This document shows, one piece after another, positions 41,041-49,400 of a stretch of 64,000 nt of DNA. Positions within the stretch are counted from its first letter, which is position 1; every line of letters begins with the position of its first letter. A program made the translations under genes and the position numbers. This DNA is from a bacterium (lineage in GTDB: Bacteria; JADJOY01): assembly GCA_046331705.1 (NCBI GenBank), contig JAXLQJ010000002.1, forward strand, positions 1-64,000, written 5' to 3'. Below the pieces are notes generated by a model. That model saw only the letters and a list, made by a program, of their open reading frames with translations. It was not told where the DNA came from and made no database searches.

Positions 41041-41856
41041 TCAGTGCCCGCGCGGCGCCCCCGCGTGGGCCACGTAGGCGAGCAGGCTGAGCGTCGCGAT
41101 CAGCCAGCAATAGAGCGCGGTGCCGGTCCGATCGGAGACCTCCTCGGGATTGGTGCGGAACGAGCGCACCGCCGCGACCACGGCGATCACCGCCAGCAAC
41201 GTCTCGCGAGTCGCGACGAACGCGGCCCCCACGAAGAACGCCGCGAGCCAGCGTTCGCCGCGCGACATCGAGCGGAAGCCGCGACTGCCGTCGAGCGACC
41301 ACACCGGGATCAGGTTGAAGAGGTTGATCCAGGCTCCCGACCCGGCGATCGCCGCCCAGATCGGCTGGTTCGTGACTCGATACACCACGTACGCGCTCAC
41401 CGCCGCCGCCAGCCCCCACACCGGCCCGGCCAGGCCGCTGCGCGCGTCGTGGACGGGATTGGTGAGCGGCTGCTGAAGGCGAATGAAGGCGCCGAAGCCG
41501 GGGATGAACATCGGCGCCGTGGCGCGGATCCCGAAGTGCCGAAGCGCGGCCACGTGGCCCATCTCGTGGATGTAGATGCTGATCACCAGCCCGGCCGCGA
41601 ACTTCCAGCCCCACGTCAGCGCGTAGAACCACATGCTGAGCGCCATCGACGAGAGCGAGCCCAGCTTGGTCAAGCCGAGCAGCAGGAACTTGATCTTCCC
41701 GAGCAAGAAGAAGAGCGCGAGCTTGCCCTTGGCGAGCACCGCCACGATCACCGCCAGCAGCGCGCCGAGCGCTCCACGGTGCTTGCCCGGCGCCTGCTCG
41801 GCCGTGGCGCCGCGCGCCAGCGCGCCATCCATCGTTCGATCGTCCATGGTCGTCAC
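41041..41856 (-). CDS. Site-2 protease (peptidase M50)
   Basis: IHEMGH, GLAGP, NLFNLIPVWSLDG; GTGA overlap with ilvA stop. Confidence 0.9.
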   Translation of the reverse strand: MTTMDDRTMDGALARGATAEQAPGKHRGALGALLAVIVAVLAKGKLALFFLLGKIKFLLLGLTKLGSLSSMALSMWFYALTWGWKFAAGLVISIYIHEMGHVAALRHFGIRATAPMFIPGFGAFIRLQQPLTNPVHDARSGLAGPVWGLAAAVSAYVVYRVTNQPIWAAIAGSGAWINLFNLIPVWSLDGSRGFRSMSRGERWLAAFFVGAAFVATRETLLAVIAVVAAVRSFRTNPEEVSDRTGTALYCWLIATLSLLAYVAHAGAPRGH

Positions 41857-43061
41857 GCCCTCGGCACGACACGGTAGCCGGCGCCCGTGAGCAGCGCGCG
41901 CAGCTCGTCGATGTGATCGGGCCCGCGCGTCTCGAGCGTCAGCTCGACGTCCGTCTCGCCGAGCTCGGCGGTCGAGAAGGCGCGCTGGTGGTGGATCTCG
42001 ACGATGTTGGCCCGGGTTTCCGCCACCTGCGTCGTGAGCTTCGCCAGCGCTCCCGGAACGTCGGGGATGCGCACCATCATCCGCATGAGCCGACCATCCT
42101 TCACCAAGCCCCTCTCGATGATCCGCGACAGGATGTTCACGTCGATGTTGCCGCCCGAGACGACCAGCACCACGCGCCGTCCGCTGAGCGCCAGCTTGCG
42201 GTTGGCGAGCGCCGCGAGCGGAGTCGCGCCGGCCCCCTCGGCGACCGTCTTCTCGCGCTCCATCAAGGTCAAGATCGCGCTCGCGATCTCCTCCTCGTCG
42301 ACCGTGGCGATGCCATCGACCCAATCGCGTACCAGCGGGAACGTGTGCTCGCCGGCGCGGCGCACGGCGATGCCGTCGGCGAGGGTGCGCCCGCCGGGGA
42401 CGTCGACGATCTTGCCGGCGGCGAGTGCCGCTTCCATCGATGCGACGCGCTCGGTCTCGACGCCGTAGACGCGCACCTTGGGATTCAGCGACTTCACCGC
42501 CAGCGCGATGCCGCCGATCAGGCCGCCGCCGCCCACCGGCACGACGATCGCCTCGGTCTCGGGAAGCTGTTCCAGGATCTCGAGCCCCACCGTGCCCTGA
42601 CCGGCGATCACCACCGGGTCGTCGAAGGCGTGTACCCAGGTGAGACCGCGCTCGGTCGCGAGCCGCCGCGCCTCGCCGCAGGCCTCGTCGTAGTTGGTGC
42701 CGAAGAGCACCACCTCGGCGCCGAACGAGCGGCACGCGGTGGCCTTCACCAGCGGCGAGCCGACCGGCATGACGACCGTGGCGACCAGCCCGAGGCGCTG
42801 CGCCGCCGAAGCCACGCCCTGGCCGTGATTGCCCGCTGACGCACAGATCACGCCCGCCGCACGCTCGGCCTCCGTCAGCGTCAGCAGCTTGTTGAGCGAA
42901 CCGCGGTCCTTGAAGGAGCCGGTGCGCTGGAGATTCTCGAGCTTGAGCCAGACGCGGTTGCCGGTGAGCGCCGACAACGCCTCGGTGAACTCGAGCGGCG
43001 AGCGGTGGATGTGTCCCTGCAGACGATCGCGCGCCGCGAGGATGTCGTCGAAGGTGACCAT
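41853..43061 (-). CDS. ilvA: Threonine ammonia-lyase with single ACT domain
   Basis: KLENLQRTGSFKDRG, SAGNHGQG, PVGGGGL, SGGNID, C-terminal ACT. Confidence 0.93.
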   Translation of the reverse strand: MVTFDDILAARDRLQGHIHRSPLEFTEALSALTGNRVWLKLENLQRTGSFKDRGSLNKLLTLTEAERAAGVICASAGNHGQGVASAAQRLGLVATVVMPVGSPLVKATACRSFGAEVVLFGTNYDEACGEARRLATERGLTWVHAFDDPVVIAGQGTVGLEILEQLPETEAIVVPVGGGGLIGGIALAVKSLNPKVRVYGVETERVASMEAALAAGKIVDVPGGRTLADGIAVRRAGEHTFPLVRDWVDGIATVDEEEIASAILTLMEREKTVAEGAGATPLAALANRKLALSGRRVVLVVSGGNIDVNILSRIIERGLVKDGRLMRMMVRIPDVPGALAKLTTQVAETRANIVEIHHQRAFSTAELGETDVELTLETRGPDHIDELRALLTGAGYRVVPRA

Positions 43062-43131
43062 CGCGGCGCCCGTTCTACCGCGCCGGCGAGCGGCCCGGTA
43101 GCGCGCGGATCGACGCGCGGTTGCGTCCGGC

Positions 43132-45294
43132 TCAGGCGGCGCTCGCCGGCGCGGGCGTGTCCGCGTCGAGCAGCCCGGCTCGGCTGATGGCGTCGGTCCG
43201 CTCGCCGGGCGCCCGGTACTTGCGGACGATCAAGAGCGAGGCCGGGCATTCCGCCGCCAGGCGCTCGTGCTCACGGGCGAACATCCGCGGCTCGAGCCCC
43301 CATTGCTCGGCGACGCCCACGATCACCAGGTCGTAGCCGCGCTGCGCCTCCGCCACCACCGCGTCGAGCGGCGAGCGGGCCTCCACCACCTTGAGCTCGA
43401 GCTGCTCGGCGCGAAAAGCACTCGCCGCCGCCGAGAGCCCCGCCGACTCGTCGCCTGGGCGCCGTCCCGGCGGGATCACGTGCAGGATCGTGATGTGGCG
43501 ATCGACCGCGTCCAGCTTGGATTGGCCGGCATCGTCGAGCGCCTTGCGCGACATCCGCCGCGCGAGCTCGAGCGCGCCGCGATCGTGGAGCCCACCCAGA
43601 TAAGGCACGAGCACCCGCCGCCACGGCCCGAAATGGCGCTGGACGTAGACGGCGACGTCGCAGCGCGCGTCGCGCATCACGTCGTGCACGGTGCCGCTCA
43701 GGATGCTGTGGCCGAGCACCGGCTTGTGCCAGCCCATCACGATCAAGCGGGCGCCCTTGGCGTGGGCTACCGCGGTGATGTCCGCGGCCGGGTCACGGCT
43801 CACGAATTCCAGCGGGTGCACGTCCAGACCGCGAGCGCGCGCCGCGTCGAGAAGCGGTTCGAGGGGCTCGAACTCCGCTCGTCCGCCGCGCTGCGCGTCC
43901 AGCAAGGACTGATCGCTCACGCGCATCAGATGAAGGCCGTAGACCGCGGAATCGGGCTTGCGGATCACGGCCTCGGCGACCCGGAGCAGCTCCGGCCCGG
44001 CCGCCGGCAACGAGATCGGGATCAGGATCGCGTCGCCCGTCGGCTCCTCCTCCGCCGCGTCCTGGCGGATCAGGCGGCTCGGGTAGATCCACTCGAGCAA
44101 CGGCGTGGTCATGAAGGTGGTGATGATCGCCATCAACACCATCATCACGAACAGCGCCGGCGAGATGATGCCGAGGTCGAGGCCGATGGTGAGGATCACC
44201 AGCTCCATCAACCCGCGGGTGTTCATGAGCGTGCCGAGCGCGCCAGCCTCGCGCCAGCTCAGCCCGGTGGCGCGCGCCGCGAGCGCCGAGCCGCCGAGCT
44301 TTCCCGTCACGGCGACCAGCAAGATCAGCCCGCATTCGAGCCACATCTCGGCGCCCTGGATGAGCCCGATGTGGGTGCGCAAGCCGGTGAACGCGAAGAA
44401 CACCGGCAGCAGGAAGACCACCGTCAGGTCCTCGAGCTTCGAGGTCAGGTCGCGGACGAACGCGCCGTCCTTGGGAAGGATCGCGCCCATCAGGAAGGCG
44501 CCGAAGAGCGCGTGGATGCCGAGGCGCTCGGTGGTCCACGCGGACGCGATCATGAGCAAGAGCAGCGCCGCGATCATGTCCTGCGACATCACCCGCCCGC
44601 GATTGCGGTAGAGCACCTCGAAGCGCGCCACGGCGCGCCGCACGCCCGTGAGCATCACCAGCGCGAAGAGCGCCGAGCCGCCGAGCGTGAGCGGCAGCTC
44701 GCTGGGCGCGGACTCGGCGCGCACCAGCGTCACCACCGCGGCGAGGATGCACCACGCCGACACGTCGTCGACCGCCGCACACGCGATCGTGACCGCGCCC
44801 ACCTTGGTGCGCAGCAGGTTGCGCTCGGTCAGGATCCGCGCCAGCACCGGAAAGGCCGTGACGCTCATCGCCGCGCCCATGAAGAGCGCGAAGCCGGTGA
44901 AGTGCACGCTGTCGTCCGAGAGCCGCGGATAGAGGTAGAGCGCCAGCGCCGACCCCAGGAAGAACGGCGCCACGATGCTCGCGTGGCTGGTGAGCACCGC
45001 CGTCTCGCCGCGGCCACGGAGCAGCTTCGGATCGAGCTCCACCCCCACCAGGAACATGAAGAGCACCAGCCCGGTCTGACTGAGCGCCTGCAGCGCGGAG
45101 AGGCTCGCGGGCGGGAAGAGCTGGGCCGAGAGCGCCGGCGCGACCCAGCCGAAGAACGACGGGCCGAGCAGGATGCCGGCCACCATCTCGCCCATGACCT
45201 GCGGCTGCTGGATGCGCCGGAACGACAGCCCGACCAGCCGCGAGACCGCCAGGATCACCCCGACCTGCAGCAGCAACGTGAGGACGGCGTGCAT
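43132..45294 (-). CDS. Cation:proton antiporter (CPA2/Kef-type) with C-terminal USP-like domains
   Basis: QPQVMGEMVAGILLGPS, TAFPVLARIL, AAVDD, MNTRGLMEL; USP-like IVMGWH...SGTV and LVIVG regions. Confidence 0.92.
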   Translation of the reverse strand: MHAVLTLLLQVGVILAVSRLVGLSFRRIQQPQVMGEMVAGILLGPSFFGWVAPALSAQLFPPASLSALQALSQTGLVLFMFLVGVELDPKLLRGRGETAVLTSHASIVAPFFLGSALALYLYPRLSDDSVHFTGFALFMGAAMSVTAFPVLARILTERNLLRTKVGAVTIACAAVDDVSAWCILAAVVTLVRAESAPSELPLTLGGSALFALVMLTGVRRAVARFEVLYRNRGRVMSQDMIAALLLLMIASAWTTERLGIHALFGAFLMGAILPKDGAFVRDLTSKLEDLTVVFLLPVFFAFTGLRTHIGLIQGAEMWLECGLILLVAVTGKLGGSALAARATGLSWREAGALGTLMNTRGLMELVILTIGLDLGIISPALFVMMVLMAIITTFMTTPLLEWIYPSRLIRQDAAEEEPTGDAILIPISLPAAGPELLRVAEAVIRKPDSAVYGLHLMRVSDQSLLDAQRGGRAEFEPLEPLLDAARARGLDVHPLEFVSRDPAADITAVAHAKGARLIVMGWHKPVLGHSILSGTVHDVMRDARCDVAVYVQRHFGPWRRVLVPYLGGLHDRGALELARRMSRKALDDAGQSKLDAVDRHITILHVIPPGRRPGDESAGLSAAASAFRAEQLELKVVEARSPLDAVVAEAQRGYDLVIVGVAEQWGLEPRMFAREHERLAAECPASLLIVRKYRAPGERTDAISRAGLLDADTPAPASAA

Positions 45295-45309
45295 GGATTC
45301 GACTCGAGT

Positions 45310-45852
45310 CTAGCGCTTGGGCTCGACGCTGCGCGCCGCGTGGAACGGAACCGGCGCGCAGCTCGCGCAACCCGGGCGGACGAGCTCGCCCGTCATGCGG
45401 CGAGCGCTTCCGTCGCCGTCGATCGACGCCGAGAGCACGAGCGGAGTGGAGGCGTCGCAGCCGTCGGCGTGAACCGTGCCGTTCGGCGCCGCGGCGAGGG
45501 TGGCGGCGAGTCGGACCCCGGCGAGCGCGCCGTCGCCCGTCGCCTGCGTCGGTTCGCCGAGCGCCACCGTGACCCGGCCCCCGGACTGAGCCACGACGAG
45601 CGCCGTGGGGGTGCCGCCTGCCAGCGGCCCGGCGCACGCCGCGTCCGACGGCGAACGCTGGGCGACCGTCACGTCCCAGCGCCCGCCCACCGAGAGCGGC
45701 GGCGTGATGCGCTCGCCGACGCGCACGATGCCCGCCACGCCCAGCGACGGCAGACCGACCAATCCTGCGTAGAGCACGAGGCTTCGCACCCAACCGTGCC
45801 GGGGCGGCGCAGGCGGGGCGGTCGGCGACGTGAACGAGGGATCGTTCGTCAT
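45310..45852 (-). CDS. Hypothetical membrane-anchored protein
   Basis: N-terminal TM helix then small Cys-containing domain; fills the gap in a same-strand gene run. Confidence 0.6.
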   Translation of the reverse strand: MTNDPSFTSPTAPPAPPRHGWVRSLVLYAGLVGLPSLGVAGIVRVGERITPPLSVGGRWDVTVAQRSPSDAACAGPLAGGTPTALVVAQSGGRVTVALGEPTQATGDGALAGVRLAATLAAAPNGTVHADGCDASTPLVLSASIDGDGSARRMTGELVRPGCASCAPVPFHAARSVEPKR

Positions 45853-45862
45853 CCCGAGCAGG

Positions 45863-46876
45863 CTATCGAAGCTCGCCGCGCGCTGCCCATCCGGCGAGCT
45901 CGGCCATGCCCTCGTCGAGGCCGATGCGCGGCTCGTAGCCGAGCCACGAGCGCGCCCGCTCGATCGAGTACGGATGGGGGCGCGTGACGAAGCGAATGGC
46001 CTCGGGCTCGGCGATCGGCTTGCGCCCCAGCGCCTTGGCGGTGCGCGCCATCGCGGCGAAGGCGAGCCTGGCGGCCGGCGCCGGCAACGACGGAAACCGG
46101 CTGCGTCCGACCAGCTTGCCGAGGCGCGTGAAGTACTCGCGAAAGGTGGTCTCCGCGCCGTCGGTCAAGGTGAACGCCTGGCCGGTGGCCTCGCGTTCCA
46201 GCGCCAGGAAGATGCCGTCGATCAGGTTGTCGACGTGCACGTGGTTCATGATGCCGCGCCCGCCGTCGATCAGCAGGAAGAGCCCCCGCCGCATCAGCTC
46301 GAGCGGCCGCACCACCCACGGCACCGAGCCGGGGCCGTAGACATCGCCGGGACGGATGAGGATGGTCTCGAACTCGCCGGCGCGATGCAGCGCGCGCAGC
46401 GCGTCCTCGCTCTCGATCTTGGTCTGGCAATACGGGTTCCCTTCGCCGCGCAGCGGCCCGTCCTCGCTCACGTAGCGCGGATAGTCGAAGCCGTAGACCA
46501 TCACCGACGAGAGATGCACGAAACGGGACACGCCGTGATCGCGGGCGACGCTCGCGACGTGACGGGTGCCCTCCACGTTGACGCGGCGGAAGCGCGTCCA
46601 ATCGCCGCCCTCGTCGACGATCGCCGCGGTGTGGAAGACCACCGCGGCGCTGGTGCAAAGGGCCCGTACCGCGGCCGGCTCGTTCACGTCGCCGACCACG
46701 GTCTCGAACCCGGCCTGCTGGACACGTCGCGCGGCATCCGCGTCGAGCTCCAGCCCGCGCACGCGAAAGCCGCGTTCGCGAGCGCGCTCGGCCATGCGCC
46801 TGCCGATGAAGCCGCCGATCCCCGTGATCGCCATCAGCCGCGAGGCGCCGCTCACCCGTCGCCTGCTCGTGCTCAT
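45863..46876 (-). CDS. NAD-dependent epimerase/dehydratase (extended SDR)
   Basis: TGIGGFIG, VNVEGT, SSVMVYG, YCQTK, RPGDVYGPG; ATGA overlap. Confidence 0.92.
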   Translation of the reverse strand: MSTSRRRVSGASRLMAITGIGGFIGRRMAERARERGFRVRGLELDADAARRVQQAGFETVVGDVNEPAAVRALCTSAAVVFHTAAIVDEGGDWTRFRRVNVEGTRHVASVARDHGVSRFVHLSSVMVYGFDYPRYVSEDGPLRGEGNPYCQTKIESEDALRALHRAGEFETILIRPGDVYGPGSVPWVVRPLELMRRGLFLLIDGGRGIMNHVHVDNLIDGIFLALEREATGQAFTLTDGAETTFREYFTRLGKLVGRSRFPSLPAPAARLAFAAMARTAKALGRKPIAEPEAIRFVTRPHPYSIERARSWLGYEPRIGLDEGMAELAGWAARGELR

Positions 46877-47421
46877 CGGAGCCGCTCCACCAGCGCCGTC
46901 ATCAGCGCCACGAGCTGGTCGTGGGTCTTTCGGTCCACCAGCGAGCCGTCGGCCCGGAACGCCTCGCCGGCGCGCGAAAGATTGAGCTCGCGCGGCAAGA
47001 GATAGGCGCCCAGGCACGTGAGCGTGGGGCGAAGCGCGGCGAGACCGCGCATGCCGCCGAATCCTCCCGGCGAAGCGCTGGTGAGCGCCGCCCATTTGCC
47101 CTGGAACGGGTTCGATCCGCCGCGCGAGGCCCAATCGATGGCGTTCTTGAGCGCTCCGGGAACGCCGTGGTTGTACTCGGGCGTCGACACGAAGAGCCCG
47201 CTCGCGCCCGCGATCCGGTCCTTGAGCACGAGCGCGCCGGCCGGCATGCCGGCGCTCTCGATGTCGCCGTCGTAGACCGGCAGCGCCAGCTCCTTGAGGT
47301 CGACGACGTCGACCTCGGCGCCCGCCTCGCGCAGCGCCGCCGCGCCCAGCGCCACCAGCTTCCGGTTGAAGGAGTCCCGGCGCAGGCTGCCGGGAATCGC
47401 CACGATGCGAGGAGTGGTCAC
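46873..47421 (-). CDS. NADPH-dependent FMN reductase
   Basis: GSLRRDSFNRKL, TPEYNHGVPGALKNAIDWASR, SPGGFGG. Confidence 0.93.
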   Translation of the reverse strand: MTTPRIVAIPGSLRRDSFNRKLVALGAAALREAGAEVDVVDLKELALPVYDGDIESAGMPAGALVLKDRIAGASGLFVSTPEYNHGVPGALKNAIDWASRGGSNPFQGKWAALTSASPGGFGGMRGLAALRPTLTCLGAYLLPRELNLSRAGEAFRADGSLVDRKTHDQLVALMTALVERLR

Positions 47422-47524
47422 GGACGAGCTCCGAGTGGGACGAAGGGCGGACCGGGGCTGCGCTCGAAAGGCGCTACGTTATCGCTCCGGATCGAAGCGA
47501 ACCGAAGTACCCGGAAACGCGACC

Positions 47525-48505
47525 ATGGCGAGCGCCCCCTCGATCGTCTTCCTCGACTCCGCGACGCTCGGCGAGCCAACGGGCTCGCTGGCGGTCCTCG
47601 CGGAGTGTCACCCGTGCAAGTTCCACGGCGTCACGGCGCCGGACGAGGTGGCGAGCCGGATCGCCGGCCACTCGATCGTGGTGACCAACAAGGTGCGGCT
47701 CGACGCCGAGGTCCTGACCTCCGCCGCGGCCGCCTCGCTGCGGCTGGTGGCGGTGGCCGCCACCGGCGTCGACATCGTGGACCTCGCCGCGGCCCGCGAG
47801 CGCGCGATCGCGGTCGCCAACGTGGTCGGCTACTCGACGGCGTCCGTGGCCGAGCACACGATGGCGCTGATCTTCGAGCTCGCGGCGCGCGTGGGGCGCT
47901 TCGACCACGCCGTGCGCGACGGCGCGTGGGAACGAAGCCCGATCTTCACGGTGTTCGGCTGGCCGCGGGTCGAGCTGGCCGGCAAGACGCTCGGCATCGT
48001 CGGCCTGGGCGCCATCGGGCAGGCGGTGGCGAGGATCGCCACCGCCATGGGCATGGAGGTGCTGGTGGCCGCGCGCCCCGGAACCGTCGAGCCGCCCCCG
48101 CTGGGCCGAGTGCCCATCGACGAGCTCTTCACGCGCGCCGACATCCTCTCGCTCCACTGCCCGCTCACCCCCGCCACTCGCGAGCTCGTGAACGGCGCGA
48201 GCCTGGCGCGCATGAAACGTCGGGCATGGCTCGTCAACACCGCGCGCGGCGGGCTCGTCGACGAAGCGGCGTTGATCGCCGCGCTGCGCGCAGGAACGCT
48301 CGCAGGCGCCGCGCTGGACGTGATCTCGCGCGAGCCGCCGCCGCCCGATCACCCAGTGCTGCTCGCGGCGCGCGAGCTGCCCCAGCTGGTGGTGACCCCG
48401 CACGTCGCCTGGACCACTGGCGAGGCCCGCCGTCGCCTGGTCGACGAGATCGCCGACAACATCCACGCCTTCCTGCGCGGCCAAGCGCGCAACCGCGTCG
48501 CATAG
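47525..48505 (+). CDS. D-2-hydroxyacid dehydrogenase (glycerate dehydrogenase-like)
   Basis: VTNKV, ATGVD, GLGAIG, LHCPLT, NTARGG, TPHVAW. Confidence 0.93.
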   Translation: MASAPSIVFLDSATLGEPTGSLAVLAECHPCKFHGVTAPDEVASRIAGHSIVVTNKVRLDAEVLTSAAAASLRLVAVAATGVDIVDLAAARERAIAVANVVGYSTASVAEHTMALIFELAARVGRFDHAVRDGAWERSPIFTVFGWPRVELAGKTLGIVGLGAIGQAVARIATAMGMEVLVAARPGTVEPPPLGRVPIDELFTRADILSLHCPLTPATRELVNGASLARMKRRAWLVNTARGGLVDEAALIAALRAGTLAGAALDVISREPPPPDHPVLLAARELPQLVVTPHVAWTTGEARRRLVDEIADNIHAFLRGQARNRVA

Positions 48506-48555
48506 CCGCGGGGGCCGCGGATCGAGCTTCGATTCCGGGCGCGGGGTGCGACGGC

Positions 48556-48918
48556 TCACCGCTTGGTGAGCAGCAATCGCGCGGCGACGAGCATCAGGAA
48601 GACGCCGAAGGCGCGGCGCAGCACCAGGTCGTCGAGCTTCCCGGCGAGCTTCGCGCCCAGGAACACGCCCACCAGGATCCCGCCAGCCAGCAGCGCGGCG
48701 AACGCCAGGTTCACCTGACCGCGCTTGTGGTACTCGAGCACGCCCAGGATGCCGACCGGCAGAAGCAACGCGGCCAGCGAGGTGCCGTTGGCGGTGTGCT
48801 GATCGATCCTCGCGATCAACACCATGGCGGGGATCATCACCACCGCCCCGCCGACGCCGAAGAGCCCCGACACGATCCCACCCGCCAACCCGATCAGCGC
48901 CATCTGCAGGTAGAGCAT
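48556..48918 (-). CDS. TauE/SafE-family permease (single-repeat form)
   Basis: GIVSGLFGVGGAVVMIP, QHTANGTSL. Confidence 0.85.
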   Translation of the reverse strand: MLYLQMALIGLAGGIVSGLFGVGGAVVMIPAMVLIARIDQHTANGTSLAALLLPVGILGVLEYHKRGQVNLAFAALLAGGILVGVFLGAKLAGKLDDLVLRRAFGVFLMLVAARLLLTKR

Positions 48919-49116
48919 TCGCTTTCTCCATCCCCTCCCGCGGGCGTTGCCCGCGTGACCCCCGCAGCGTACGCGACGAACCGCGATCACCGCTGGTGGC
49001 GCGGCGCAACGCCGCCGACTCGACGCCGGTCCGAGCGCGATCGCTCGGCGCGCGGCCGTGCGCCGAGCGGCGGCCGGTGATCGCGGTGCGCCGCCTCGCC
49101 GGCGTCTCGCCGGCGC

Positions 49117-49362
49117 TCAGCCTTCCTTCTTCTTGAGCGTCGCGTCGTTCTCGCGAATGAACGAGCGGATGTCGTCGGCCATGTCGAGCAGCTTCTCCCA
49201 CTGCTCGCGATAGAGCGTCACGGGAAATCGCCCGAGGCCGTACACCGAGAGCGCCCCCTTCTCGCTCACCTTGAGCGAGAGGCCCTTCTGGCTGCGGCGC
49301 TTCAACGCGTCGTTCTCGGCACGCAGGCGGTCCAGCTCGGCTTGCATCTCTTGATCGGACAT
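49117..49362 (-). CDS. Small conserved-looking hypothetical protein (81 aa)
   Basis: GGGGGGAG RBS; coiled coil then SLKVSEKGALSVYGLGRFPVTLYREQW. Confidence 0.8.
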   Translation of the reverse strand: MSDQEMQAELDRLRAENDALKRRSQKGLSLKVSEKGALSVYGLGRFPVTLYREQWEKLLDMADDIRSFIRENDATLKKKEG

Positions 49363-49400
49363 GGCTCCCCCCGAAACGAGTTGTGATAGAGGAGCCTTCC

